Origin: Basidiobolus meristosporus CBS 931.73
Taxonomy: Eukaryota; Fungi; Basidiobolomycota
Direction of reading: 5' to 3'
DNA length: 35,388 nt
Assembly: GCA_002104905.1 (NCBI GenBank)
Contig: MCFE01000796.1
Span: forward strand, 1 to 35,388
The position numbers and the translations under genes are program-made. Positions 13,232 through 25,275 of this stretch are shown piece by piece. Each line of letters starts with the position of its first letter. The first letter of the stretch is position 1. The notes below the pieces were generated by a model. That model saw nothing but the letters and a program-made list of their open reading frames with translations, was not told the DNA's origin and did not search any database.

Positions 13232-14224
13232 TTATTGTGCCTTTGCGGTCTTCTTGACTTGAGACCGACGGTTTGTCGCAGGGGCATCATATTCCAGTTT
13301 AGTTGAGCCTTTGCAGTAAGCATCGGTGGTGCCGCAGTAGCCATAACTGGAGCAGCAGTAACCAGGTTGGCACTGATGCATCACATCTCCAAACCAGCCA
13401 CAACGTCTGTCAGTTTGATTTGCAACAACGATGTCTATTCCCAAATTATCGGCATCGTAGGGATACCACTGCCATTGTATGGGTTTGTTATTATATCCGT
13501 CATAGCCAGCTGGGCCGTTGATAGACATCCAGATTGCCGTTTTATCATCTGCAAATCCTGCACCCCATGTGCCGTTGGGCCCAGGATACGTATAGGTCAC
13601 AGAGCCACCCAGCGAGGGGTACCAATACTTACTGCCATTATGTTTGTAAGCTTGTTTACTCCAAACGCCCACTCGCATTCCATTGTTGAGTCCCTGGGGA
13701 TTTTCAAGAAACTGGTCGAAGTAGCCAAGACCACTGTTTAGATTGTCGTTGATAACCCGCAATTTACCAAATTGCATCCATTCGTCATCAATACGTAGTT
13801 GGGCAGTGTAGATCAAATAATCACCATCCTCCTCGTAATCAATTTGGAAGCCGTAATCCACTCCATCAAGCCATGGATAGAAATACTGCATATGGGACCC
13901 AGTGCCCTCATTGCCGAAGCGACTAGTCACACATTCCTTGCATGTCTCCACTACGGTTGCTCGTCCATTGGAGTTGTCCCAGAGAGAGAAGAGGAATACA
14001 CGCGTTTTGGCCCATGTCTGCATTCCCAGATATCCGTTGTTCCAGCCGATGGCCTCCCAGTAAGTTTGGTTGGGACTAAATTCAGGAACAGACCTGACGT
14101 CTGTCTGAAAAGAGATAAACTTCTTCCCATCATCGGGGAGACTGGCACGGTTGTGCATTGCCTGCGAGAGCACCTTCGCTGCGAACAGCGAGGTAAGCGA
14201 GAGGAAAAGGGTTGGAAGCTGCAT
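13232..14224 (-). CDS. Secreted DUF3472-like protein with C-terminal hevein-type chitin-binding domain (CBM18), intronless, 330 aa
   Basis: Probable start ATG 14224 (MQLPTLFLSLTSLFAAKVLSQ, signal peptide). Core GYLGMQ...RVFLFSLWD...RFGNEGTG...YPW...QFLEN matches the DUF3472 pattern from recall. C-terminal CGWFGDVMHQCQPGYCCSSYGYCGTTDAYC is a ChtBD1 signature. Confidence 0.88.
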   Translation of the reverse strand: MQLPTLFLSLTSLFAAKVLSQAMHNRASLPDDGKKFISFQTDVRSVPEFSPNQTYWEAIGWNNGYLGMQTWAKTRVFLFSLWDNSNGRATVVETCKECVTSRFGNEGTGSHMQYFYPWLDGVDYGFQIDYEEDGDYLIYTAQLRIDDEWMQFGKLRVINDNLNSGLGYFDQFLENPQGLNNGMRVGVWSKQAYKHNGSKYWYPSLGGSVTYTYPGPNGTWGAGFADDKTAIWMSINGPAGYDGYNNKPIQWQWYPYDADNLGIDIVVANQTDRRCGWFGDVMHQCQPGYCCSSYGYCGTTDAYCKGSTKLEYDAPATNRRSQVKKTAKAQ

Positions 14225-15523
14225 GATATTTTCACCAAGGCATGGAGCTCGATCATGCTTATAAAGCAGTTCCATTTTCCCAACACAAAGATCACGTTTC
14301 ATTACAAATCGCGAAAACAAGCAGAGACTTCACCCTAATTTAGAAGTGGATGGATGATTGTGCGCTACTATTGTGGCAATTCGGGTCGTTGAATACCACT
14401 TGGTATGAAACGGATGGATCCTCAATGGTGATCTACGGGTAAACGTATTTTGCATCTGGTCTTGATAAATGAAAGCCCAAGGAAAGATTGTCTGTATACG
14501 GATGCAGCGGCTCCCACGGTGCACACTTGACGAATTAATCTATACTAAAGTGTTCTATCACCTCTCAAAGAATTCGGGACTACGATCACATAGGCCATAG
14601 GCAGATACTTGTGCATAATCCTCTTCCTTCTCAGCAATTACAAAGCTTGGAAGAGTCGATACCTATACCGCAGACATTGAGAGTCAGACTGAAGGTTTCT
14701 GTCAGGCGATGCTGGCATTCTTAATATCTTCATAGACACTCCCAGACAACTTCGCACTATTGGAGTGTGAACAGTTAAGGTTCCAATTGCTTGACTTAAC
14801 AAATATACCAGATAAATTTATATCAATGTGGCCAGTAGATTACCTCAAAAGTCTTCTAGTCAATATTCCCATTTAGAGTTAGTATTATGTTTCAGTAAGG
14901 AGCTGAGCATCATGGAAAATCATGCTAAACCCTGTTTTCAACTAAGCAAATAACAATAAATTTTCCCTTTTTCTGAGTGCTTTACTTGGCTTGGTCAATG
15001 TAGCTGCATCCAATTGGTGGGTGATAAATGTGTGATGGAGGATTGAGGGGTCATGCAAGATAGTAGAACTCACAGGCTGGCCAAGCCTTGCCAAAGACTT
15101 ACCAATATGGGATGAACTACTAAAAAATATGGCTTATGAGGCCTGTTGGGGCACTAGAGAAGATAACATTTGTGCAGACTCTACATATTGCCCATCCCCA
15201 GGGGGCAATGCTGAGACCTTGTCTCAGCTCTCTACTCCATTTAGAGTGAGTCTGGTAAATACAAAAATAAACTGGATTTATTGAACAGGAACATCATTAC
15301 ATTGGGCCAACTTTCAATATGCAATTACTCATTAGGAAATTCAAATACTAAAGCCATCATTGATGCTCTAGGTGTAATCATGCAGTGAAACATTATGACT
15401 ATTGATGGAGGGGAAAGATAGGGTGGAGGCATTGTGGTAAAGCTTAGACATTGTTGGTATTCTTGTAAGTACATTGGAGATATTGACAGTAGTAAGGAGA
15501 GTAAGTGTAATACATGATCTTAC

Positions 15524-16433
15524 TTGGGGGGGGGATGATAATCACCAAAGGGAGAAATCTTTATTTAAATCATAGGTAAAGTAGCCAAGTTAGAATATGA
15601 ATAGCAGAGATGCAGAAAGCCTACAAGATAAACTTGAACTTTGCTATATCCCAAATATTATCAATATCAAAGCCTAGAGGAGAATGTAGCCAGACAACTT
15701 GTTCACTGTAGTATTTCTTGAGGAAGTTTGCAACATGAAGGGAAGGAGAGTTTTTCAACAGGCTAGTAAGCCTTTTGAGGAGTTCTTTTTCTTGCAAGAA
15801 TAGTACAAAGAGTTGAATGTCTAAGTGATGTCTGAAAATTGGCTCTGAGAGCTCTCAATCCGGCAAATTCTTGACTTCTTCTGTAAAATCTTCAACAAAA
15901 TCTTTGTCAAGAATAACTTCCAAGAGATCCCTGGCAATGTACTGTGTGTTAATAATCTTAGGCATATGAGTACCAAGGTCCTTGAGGTAGGTTCTTTATT
16001 CTGACATTGGGAGATAGCAAGCATTTCTGAAATAGCAAACAGCCCAATTAGCAGTGGGAGGAGTTTCAGGGCTGACAGGGAATCTTCTTCTGGCTTGAGG
16101 GTGCACTGGCTTAGGCAACTGTCTTGACAGATGGGCAGCTGACTTTGGATGAGCTTCAAGTGCTTAGGAGTATATTGGAGTATGAATTGAAGGAGTTGCT
16201 GGTTGCTGACAGTGCTCAAGCTTGACTGGAGGATGAACTGGCTGAGGAGTTGTAAGGTAAGAAAGCATCTGAAAGAGTTGTAGAGAGTGCAGGGTGAAGC
16301 TCAGAAAGCATTTTGAATAGAACCTGGATTGAGATCTCAGCATGGAGTTTCCAGCTTCAAGAATTAAAACTCTTTGTTCCAGGTAAGAAGTCTATAAAGA
16401 GTGAAAGCTTGGTAAAGGTATGGACAAAGTAGA
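15524..16433 (-). mobile_element. Interstitial decayed ORF1-only unit of the telomeric retroelement (subfamily D)
   Basis: 15530-15775 is near-colinear with 31535-31770. Minus translation LEQRVLILEAGNSMLRSQ/IQVLF...ANWAVCYFRNACYLPMSE*RTYLKDLG...LLEVILDK is homologous to the tip ORF1 (LEERLALVEAENALLKKQ...DWAVCYFANVEFIPISEHRMYLKQQG...LEVVLDK) with stops and frameshifts. Starts at TTGGGGGGGGG. Confidence 0.88.
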
Positions 16434-16722
16434 TAGGGGGGAGACAGTCACCAACAGGGGAGATCTTTATTTCAGTTGAAACAAAGAAGACATCACTACT
16501 AATGTAGCTTTGATACAAGAGTGTGTAGCAGAGGGGAATCTATAGGTAAGTTATAAAGAAGTGATGAGAGTTCTTCAGTGCTCAAGACACAGTTCAGTGG
16601 GAATGGGGGTAGCATGAGGGATAAGTATGATTTGTGAGCATCATTAGTGAGGGGAATGCAATAAGGATTAATATTCATCATAAAGGGAGTGTGCTGAGGC
16701 AGATATTGCTGCCAAAGGTCTG
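16434..16722 (-). mobile_element. Interstitial 3' fragment of telomeric RT element (subfamily B)
   Basis: TAGGGGGGAGACAGTCACCAACAGG...GCCAAAGGTCTG is colinear with ~33745-34033; encodes DLWQQYLPQHTPFMMNINPYCIPL...LHTLVSKLH. Confidence 0.92.
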
Positions 16723-16729
16723 AATTACA

Positions 16730-16871
16730 AGTTCTTACAACACTCACATGTTTGTTTGCCAAGCACATGTAAGAGTATTAGTATTACTTTCACATGCAAT
16801 AAATCATTAACTGAAAATCTTACAATCTACTTGTTCTCCCAATCACTTCCAACATCTCCAAGTCTTTAACA
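16730..16871 (+). mobile_element. 3' fragment of a copia-family LTR
   Basis: CAATAAATCATTAACTGAAAA...AATCTACTTGTTCTCCCAATCACTTCCAACATCTCCAAG matches LTR positions ~18570-18640. Confidence 0.8.
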
Positions 16872-16929
16872 ATAGAAAATACTTGGACTGGCTTAAGGGG
16901 ATGGTCTAGGCTGCTTTATATAAGGGGAA

Positions 16930-17640
16930 TGGTATCCTTTAGTAGGAAATTGGCTCACCTAGATCAGACATCTGAATTAAAGAGATATGCTTTAGTCTTT
17001 TTCTGATTGATGGTAGCTACAATCAGATCACTCATGCAAAAAGCTAATAGAGTTGCAATAACCTCACCTGCAACATAATAGATATTATGGCCAGCTGTAT
17101 ATCTTTGGAAATTCAAGAACTCTATATAAGTGTCTATATTGTAATTTCAAGCTCTTGCTATTGCCTGCAACTGTATAAATATTTTTTGAGCTTGCAAGCC
17201 AAATGGGGGTTGTCATAATAATAAGTCCATCATGCTGATCTATATACTTGCCCATAGCAGGCTTACCACTCAAACATAGAGTTTCTAAGTCTATATAACA
17301 AGGCAAAAGTCTGTACTTGGCTGCAACTGCAAATATTGTATGTCAGATGTGAGTTTTGCTACCTGTGCAAAGGTGTCTGTGTGATCCAGCTCTACTATCT
17401 TAGAGTCTTGCTTGGCTGCAAGGCTTGCTTTGCGTCTTTTAGCTGTAGCATAAACCTTGTATCTTGTAATGAAGACCCACCTGCATCCAATTGATATGCA
17501 GTAGATTGGTATTTTGCCCAGGTTTCACATTTTATTTTCCATCAGGATGTAATATCCCTTAGTCATTGCCAATCACCAGAGTTTTGTCTGAAGACTACTA
17601 AGGGCCTCTGGTATTGCCTGATGCTCCTCAACATGAACAG
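16930..17640 (-). mobile_element. Degenerate copia RT fragment, inverted relative to the full-length element
   Basis: Reverse complement aligns with ~21050-21760 (TCAATTGGATGCAG.TGGGTCTTCA; ACCTTTGCAC.GGTAGC; ACCCCCATTTGG..TGCAAGCT.AAAAA). Boundaries approximate. Confidence 0.85.
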
Positions 17641-18302
17641 GATTAGTATGAAGAATAATTCAGTTTTATAGGAGGATCTAATCTAGATCAGCTGTAAAGA
17701 TCTCATGATGAGGCTGTAATAATGCTGGCAGCTTAGGATTCATTACCCTCTCCACAATCTGATCATGGGATTACAATGGTTTTACTGCTAAACTAAGTAA
17801 TAACCTTGACAGTGCTCTGAAGGATGTTTAGCAGGACTTACATGCCACTTGCAGTCTTAATGCAGTCTGCATTTTGTTAGTATACCTAACCAGCCAATAT
17901 ATGCAATTGCCTTAGATGACAAGAAACTTGACTGCATTTTGACAATCTTGATGTGGACCCCTGTTGGCAACATCATAACAGTGAGCAAAACTCTCCAAGA
18001 TGCCAAGTTTTACATCCTAAGAATCCAGGTTATTTTTCCATACATTCAGAGGCAAAATTTTCCTCCAAGCTGGACTTAAAGAATGCACATCACCAATTTC
18101 AGATCTGTCTGGATCACCAGCATAAGACTATCTTTACCAGGAATAGTATCCATTGGATGCTTCAAAACTCACCTGACTGGATTTCTTCCTACGCATGATC
18201 ACTACAGTCTGCTGAGTCAAGCAACACTACCACCAAGAAGGAGCTACTTGCAATAGTCTTTGCCTTAAGGAGGTTTCATCAGTATCTATGAGATATCCCT
18301 TT

Positions 18303-18650
18303 TGTTGTAAAATTTGAATTTCCACCTAAATATTCACCTAACTTAGTCACTTAGATCATCACCTTCAAATCCTAGAGAATACTGACCAAATTCCTTGTCG
18401 GGATTTACTTGGAATATTTTCACCAAAATACCAGGTACCCAGAACATGAAAATTCTCAAAGTTGTCCAAACAGCCCCAAACTTTGCATACTTGTTCTTGG
18501 GACCTTCCTTAACCTATTCTACGTGTTTGTAATGCCAAGACCAGGTAAAAGTATAAATACCACTTTTACATTCAATAAATCATTAAGTGAAAAACACATA
18601 ATCTACTTGTTCTCCAAATCACTTCCAATATCTCCAAGACTCTTACAACA
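18303..18650 (+). repeat. 5' LTR (348 bp)
   Basis: Differs from the 3' LTR by 7 substitutions and 1 indel (manual alignment). Confidence 0.97.
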
Positions 18651-18662
18651 GGTTATGAGCCC
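18651..18662 (+). promoter_or_regulatory. Primer-binding site, copia half-tRNA(iMet) type
   Basis: GGTTATGAGCCC immediately after the LTR resembles the Drosophila copia PBS GGTTATGGGCCC, which pairs with an internal part of initiator tRNA-Met. Confidence 0.7.
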
Positions 18663-18681
18663 TGAGCTGTTACTCTCTGCA

Positions 18682-21600
18682 ATGTCTACTACTGCTATTA
18701 CTGGAATTTTTCCCTCTGCTGATAAGCTGGATGGATCTAACTACCAAGTGTGGAAGGTGAAGATGAAGATGCTGCTGCAAGAAAGAGGCCTTTGGGATAT
18801 TGTCATGGGAGAAGAATGCCCTCCTAAAAATGTGGGAGAGGAAGCCTTAAAGTACCAGAAGAAAGAACAAAGTGCCTTTAACTGCAATTGCCTTAATGTC
18901 AAGGACAAATTGCTAATTCAATGCTCAAGAGCAAAAACGGCAAAGAATGCCTGGAAGGCATTAGAAGACACCTACCAGTCATGTTCAGCTGCCAAGAAAA
19001 TGTATCTGAGAAGAAAATTCTTTACTACAAAGATGCTGCCAGGAGAAGAAATGAAAAATCTAATTAACAGAATTACCCTGCTGGTAGATGAGATGGAATC
19101 TGTGGGCGTACCAACTACTGATGAGGATGTGATAGTTACCATCCTGAATAGCCTGACAGACAAGTTTCAGGGCCTTGTATCAGCCCTAGAGTCCAGAACT
19201 GAAGATTTGACCTTAAATTACGTATATGGAAGGCTCCTGGATGAAGAATTAAGAAAATCAAGCGCCAATAAGAAGGAACAAGAAAATGCTTTAATAAGCA
19301 ATGATAACCAACAAAGGAGGTACCCAAGACCCTACAAAGGCAACAGCAACCTATTTTGCAACTACTGCAAAAGGAAAGGACACACATCAGACCGGTGTTT
19401 CAAATAGAGAGATTATCAGCAAAAGAAGCCTGAATATGGAAATGCTGCAACAACTGAAGATAGACTATTCATATCTGCACTAAATATGACCACAAACAAG
19501 GATTCTCAGACATGGTATATTGACTCTGGAGCTTCTCAACACTTTACACACCAAAAAGAACTTTTTACCCAATATCAAGAAATTCCAATTAAGAAGGTTT
19601 TCATGGGTGACAATAGAACACTTGATGCAGTGGGAGAAGGAACTATCCAATAAACCTTAGAAGCAGTGAAGGAAGCCATACACTGACCTTTAAAGAAGTA
19701 CTCTATGTACCAGAAATAGCCAAGAACCTACTCTCTGTAAGCAAGGCCACAGCAGAAGGACTCAGTTTCAGTTTTGACAATTCTGAATGCAGGATCACTG
19801 ATCAAAATGGTGCTCATATTGCTTTGGGCATCAGAGATCAGAATCTATACAAGTTGACTTATATTCCATCATATCTGGAAGCCAATATAAGTAACTTAAA
19901 TGAAGAAACATCAATGCTTTGGCACAGGAGATTTGGGCACATCAATTTTGATTATTTGCGCAAAATGATCAAAGATCAGCTAATTTCTGGAGTGAAAATT
20001 GATCCCCCAGCTAATTTGGAGCACTGTGAAGCCTGCATATATGGGAAACAAGCCAGACAACTGTTCAAGAGCTCTGGGTTAATCAAAACTAAGAAAAAAC
20101 TAGATCTAATCCACTCAGATCTGTGTGGACCTATGCAAAATTTATCCTTAGGTGGGATGAAGTATTTAATGACTTTTATTGATGATTATACAAGATACAC
20201 ATGGGTCTACTTCATGGAGAGAATGGAAGAAGCTCTGTCTAAGTTCAGGGAGTTCAAAGCCATGGTGGAGAGAGAAACTGGTGAAAAAATCAAGAAAATA
20301 CGCTCTGACAATGGTGGAGAATATACCTCAAAACTCTTCATCCACTTCTGCAAAATTCATGGGATAAAGCAAGAGACTACTGTACCATACTCCCCACAGC
20401 AAAATGGAGTAGCAGAGCAAGCTAACAGATCAATAATTGATATGGCAAGATCTATGATCCATGATCAAAAATTATCCTATGATTTTTGGGCGGAATCAGT
20501 TGCCACTGCTGTATACCTTAAAAATAGGAGTTATAACAGAATACTTTGTGATTCTACTCCATTTGAAGCATGGTATGGATACAGACCAAGTGCAGAACAT
20601 CTAAGAATATTTGGGTGCACAGCATATGCCAAAAAACTGGCTGGAAATTAGTCAAAATTTGAGCCAAAAAGTGTAAAATGCATATTTTTGGGCTACTGCA
20701 ATGAGAGTAAGGCATACAGACTCTACAATACCAAAGCAAAGAAGCTTATCAAGTCTAGGGATGTGTTGTTTGATGAAAATTCAAAATTTTCACAAAAAAT
20801 GACATCAGTTGATGACAAAAATTTGATCTCAAGTCCACCAATTGTCAGGATTGAATCAGAGCAAAACAATGAAAATTCTTTCACTCCAGAGGACTCTACA
20901 ACCGTGGTTCAGCCAGAATCAGTGCCCAGGAATATCCCAGAAGTGATCATTCCAGTATCAAATGCCTGGAGATCAAATCGGAGAAGAAATAGCCCAAATT
21001 ACTATATTAATGAGGGTACAAACTTAGCCTATGCCTATTCAGTCCATATTGATGAACCCCAGACTGTAAAAGAGGTCCTAAATAGCCCTCAGACAAAGTT
21101 TTGGAGATCTGCAATGATTGAGGAATATCAGGCCCTGATGGAAAATCAAACTTGGGACTTAGTCAAATTACCAATCAACCAAAAATCAATTGGATGCAGA
21201 TGGGTCTTCAAGACAAAATACAAGGCTGATGGTACAATTGAAAGATACAAAGCAAGACTTGTAGCCAAAGGATACTCTCAAACAAAAGGACTTGACTATA
21301 ATGAGACCTTTGCACCGGTAGCCAAGTTTAATTCCATCAGATTAATATTGGCTATTGCAGCCAAATATAAGTTTTTTATTCATCAAATGGATGTAAAAAC
21401 TGCATTTTTGAGTGGAGAACTTGATGAGGACGTGTATATGGACAAGCCTGATGGGTTTGTTGACCAAGATAACCCCCATTTGGTCTGCAAGCTTAAAAAG
21501 TCACTATATGGTCTCAAACAATCACCAAGAGCCTGGAATTGCAAGATAGATTCTTATTTGGAATCTTTGAGTTTCAAAAGGAGTAATGCTGACTATAGTA

Positions 21601-22625
21601 TATACTATAAGCCAGATAGAGCAAATCCAGTTCTATTAGCTCTATATGTGGATGATCTTATTATAGTCACCAATAACCTAGAAACATTGGAAGAGACTAA
21701 ATCCAGCCTATCTAAGGAGTTCAAGATGTCCCATCTAGGAGAACTCAGTTACTACTTAGGGATTAGGTTCTCCATAGACAGAAGTACCCAGACTATTACC
21801 CTAAGCCAATCCAAGTATATTCAAGATATACTAAAGAAGTACAAAATGGAAGACTGTAAACTGGCAGCTACCCCAATGGAGACAAACCTTAACTTGGTCA
21901 AAACTCAACCAAATCAACAGAGCTTGGTGCCATCTGAAAGCCCTAACTTTCCTTATCAATCTATGGTCGGCAGTCTGATGTATATCATGCTTGGAACATG
22001 TCCAGATATCTCATATTCAGTGGGAGTTGTCAGCCAACATGATCAGAATTATGGATCTGATCATATTGCAGCAGTTAAGCAGATTTTTAGATACCTAAAA
22101 GGAACTGCTGATATCTGCTTAAGATACACTTATAAGGATTCAGAACAGGATCTTGTGGGATACTCTGATGCTGATTGGGGACAAAATTTAGAAGACAGAA
22201 GATTCACCACAGGATACACCTTTCTTTACTGTAAAGGAGCCATTTCATGGAATTTAAGAAAGCAACCAACCGTAGCACTTTCTACTACAGAGGCAGAGTA
22301 TATGGCAGCCTGTGAAGCTACAAAAGAAGCAATATGGTTAAGAAAGCTCTTTGCAGATTTAGGCCTATGTCAAAAAACGCCTATTACTTTATTTCAAGAT
22401 AATCAAGGATGTATACAACTAGGTAGAAATCCAACTTTTCATGCTAGAACCAAGCACATAGATATTAGACATCATTTCATAGGTGAAGCTTTAGAGAATA
22501 ACTTAGTTAGCTTAGTTTACTGTTCTACAGATGAAATGATTGCAGACATATTTACCAAACCATTAGCTAGAGACAAGTTTAAATATCTTAGGTCAAAATT
22601 AGGACTAGTCAGTATGAACATTTAG
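18682..22625 (+). pseudogene. copia gag-pol polyprotein, disrupted
   Basis: KLDGSNYQVWKVKM (gag N-terminus), CNYCKRKGHTSDRC (CCHC), WYIDSGASQH (protease), LWHRRFGH, HSDLCGP and RSDNGGEY (integrase), YVDDLII (RT), YSDADW (RNase H). Stops at ~19405 and ~19650 and a frame break at ~20650. Confidence 0.93.
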
Positions 22626-22636
22626 CTGAGTGGGAG

Positions 22637-22985
22637 TGTTGTAAAAATTTGTATTTCCACCTAAATACTCACCTAACTTATTCACTTAGATCATCACCTT
22701 CAAATCCTAGAGAATACTGACCAAATTCCTTGGCGGGATTTACTTGGAATATTTTCACCAAAATACCAGGTACCCAGAACATGAAAATTCTCAAAGTTGT
22801 CCAAACAGCCCCAAACTTTGCACACATGTTCTTGGGACCTTCCTTAACCTATTCTACGTGTTTGTAATGCCAAGACCAGGTAAAAGTATAAATACCACTT
22901 TTACATTCAATAAATCATTAAGTGAAAAACACATAATCTACTTGTTCTCCAAATCACTTTCAATATCTCCAAGACTCTTACAACA
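22637..22985 (+). repeat. 3' LTR (349 bp)
   Basis: Direct repeat of 18303-18650; followed by TSD CCTTT. Confidence 0.97.
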
Positions 22986-24936
22986 CCTTTTACGCTATGC
23001 ATAGATCACCAAGCCCTTGTATATATCTACAGCCAAAAGACTTTAACTCCAATGCAAACCTATTGGCTAGTTCTCTACTTGATTAGAAATATACAGTTTT
23101 TCATTGCCCAGCAATTCTTGTCATCCTGCATAGCCATCTTTCAGGACTCTTTCTAAAATCACCTTGAGAGGGACATATGATTATTGATATAAAAGTATAC
23201 TCACTACAACTTCCAAAATAGCTCCTCAACTGGATTTAGCAACCTGGAAAACCCCATCTGCAAAAGAAAGGAAAACCTTGATACCTAGGAGTCATTTGCT
23301 TGGCCACTTTGGAGCTAACACACTAATGAAGAAGCTTCACTGCAATGGATATCACTGGCTAAATATCAAAGCTGACTTCTAAGAATTTGCCAAGTCTGGT
23401 TGAGAATGCCAGCTTTAAAATTTCAGCCACCATGGATTTCACCCTTTGAGTTCCATATATACAAGCCTTCCTATGGATCATATAGCAATCAATCTAACTG
23501 GTTCTTTTGCTATAAGTGATTATGATATTCACTACCTCTATGTAATTTTAGACTTCTGTACACAGTTTGTGTTCCTCAATGTGCTCACAGATAGTATGTA
23601 GTCACAATTGCATATGCACTATTCAAGCAATTCCACCTTTTGAAATTCCCCAAAATCATTCAATTGCATAACAAAAAAGAATTTGTAAATTATTTGGTTA
23701 AAACCCTCTACCCAAATAGTAGTATTGACCACTGTCTGATCAGTCCTTATCACCCCAAGGTAAATTGGCTTGCAGAAAGATATGCCCAGACCTCATTGAA
23801 CATTATCACAAAATCTATCAAAGGTATCAAGAGGAATTGGGACAACTATATTCCTGCTGAATAATATGCTATCAACACTAAAGCTGATGCTCTTCATGAA
23901 TCAGCACAGTTTTCTGTGAGGCCTGGAAGATGCTCCAATCACTTCAACAATTACAAGAGTACAGAGTTCTCCAATTTCAAGACAGGCATGTTGAAGAGCC
24001 AACTTTAGTACCTTGTCAACAAAGCCTACCATGCTATCAGTACCAGAAGTTAAGCCTCTCAACAAAAGATGCCCTCAGTGTACTCCTCAATACACAGGAA
24101 TAGTGGCTTCCCTGATGGATCATTTGTCATGACACCAGATCTGTACCAAGAATCCAAGCCTGGCCCAAAGTATGAGGGTCCATTCATGGTTGTAAGATGC
24201 ACCACTGGAGGATCATACATACTTCAAGAAAAGATGTATCCACCATCTTCACTCAAACCTACATCTCTAGACCCAGTACATTGAAATTATAAGAAGCTGA
24301 AGCGACTGTGGATCAATGCCCTAAGAGAAAAATTAAGAAATGGCCAGCAAATTACCATCCTAATATCAGCTGAATTCCACGTTTCTCAGAATTGACAACT
24401 CTCCACATTTCTGTTGTTAGCTTTTGAGCAGGCAAGCAAACAAGCTCTCCAGGAGGAGACCAGACCAACTAGCATCCATGCCAAGTTTGGCAATTAGGTG
24501 CCTATTACTTCTGTCAAATATTGCATTTGAAATTTTGAACCAAAAACACCAGCTGAATACCAGCAAAATACTATTTGAATACCAGCTGAAAATCAGATGA
24601 ATTCCAAGTCTGAGATTTCTCATAGGGTGGTAGAGAAGAATCAAATTGCCTTCAAATAGGCAAGTGCATAGGTTATGATACAATATACAACAGCAGGGAA
24701 CCTTACACCTGCACTGATGAAGTTACCAATGTTAAGCAGTATTGGAGCTGCAGAGGAGCCCAGAAGACATCAGAAAGACCTCTTCTGGGAGGAAGAGTTG
24801 TAGTGCATCAACATTTGAGCTTAGCCAATTCTTCAAAGGTAGAAAATCTAGTACCCACACTGAATTTCCCTAACCAAGATATAATTATTTCCAGGCATGA
24901 GTTATTTTATCTAATATCAGAATCTATTCTAGCTAT

Positions 24937-25275
24937 TGATGTAGCTATTGAGTTGTCACCTAAATACCAATGCTAATTCAGTCACAAAGATCTTATTCTG
25001 TGATTAGCATTTTGTCTTGGTCAAACTTCTTGTTGGGAATTACTTAGAATATCCTCACTACATAGTCAGGAATCCAGATTGTGACCTTTCCCAAAGTTGT
25101 CCAAAAGCCTCCAGACTCTGCACACATGTTCTTAGGACCTGTCTTTTCAAGCTCTACATATTTGCTTGCCTTACTTTATCAGAAGTTTAGTCACCATATT
25201 TTGGATCATTGAATCAACAAGTGAGAAACATGTAAATCATCTAATTTTCCACATACTCCTCAAAATATTGCAACA
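24937..25275 (+). mobile_element. Old diverged solo LTR related to the copia family
   Basis: TGATGTAG...TTGCAACA, 339 bp, patchy similarity to the LTR (CACCTAAATA, CAAAGTTGTCCAAA, TGCACACATGTTCTTAG); flanked by the 5-bp direct repeat GCTAT. Confidence 0.8.

Larger units (their letters stand above)
18303..22985 (+). mobile_element. Full-length Ty1/copia LTR retrotransposon, coding region disrupted
   Basis: LTRs 18303-18650 and 22637-22985 with TGTTGTAA...TTACAACA ends; 5-bp TSD CCTTT; PBS at 18651; PPT-like GCTGAGTGGGAG before the 3' LTR; copia domain order gag-PR-IN-RT-RH. Confidence 0.97.
17880..24290 (+). mobile_element. Degenerate Ty3/gypsy pol relic (RT-RNase H-integrase), split by the copia insertion: 17880-18302 and 22986-24290
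   Basis: SKLDLKNAHHQFQI...HKTIFT (RT); TTKKELLAIVFALRRFHQYL*DIPF then, after the copia, TLCIDHQAL (RNase H); HLLGHFGANTLMKKL (integrase zinc finger); KYEGPFMVV (integrase C-terminal). Many stops. Confidence 0.85.

Noticed and set aside
14225-14320. N-terminal 32 aa of the listed 362-aa ORF
   Set aside because: Begins at a non-ATG codon; ATG 14224 gives a clean signal peptide.
13799-14338. 179-aa and 124-aa plus-strand ORFs over the DUF3472-CBM18 gene
   Set aside because: Antisense shadow ORFs without independent support.
14880-15523. Possible further decayed RT unit proximal to D' (short matches such as SLVP, TILHDP, PIGC)
   Set aside because: Matches are short, in different frames and not colinear, and no 3' module was found.
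18409-18681. LTR-encoded N-terminal extension of gag (also ORF 22744-23004)
   Set aside because: TTG start inside the LTR; incidental open frame. Gag homology begins near ATG 18682.
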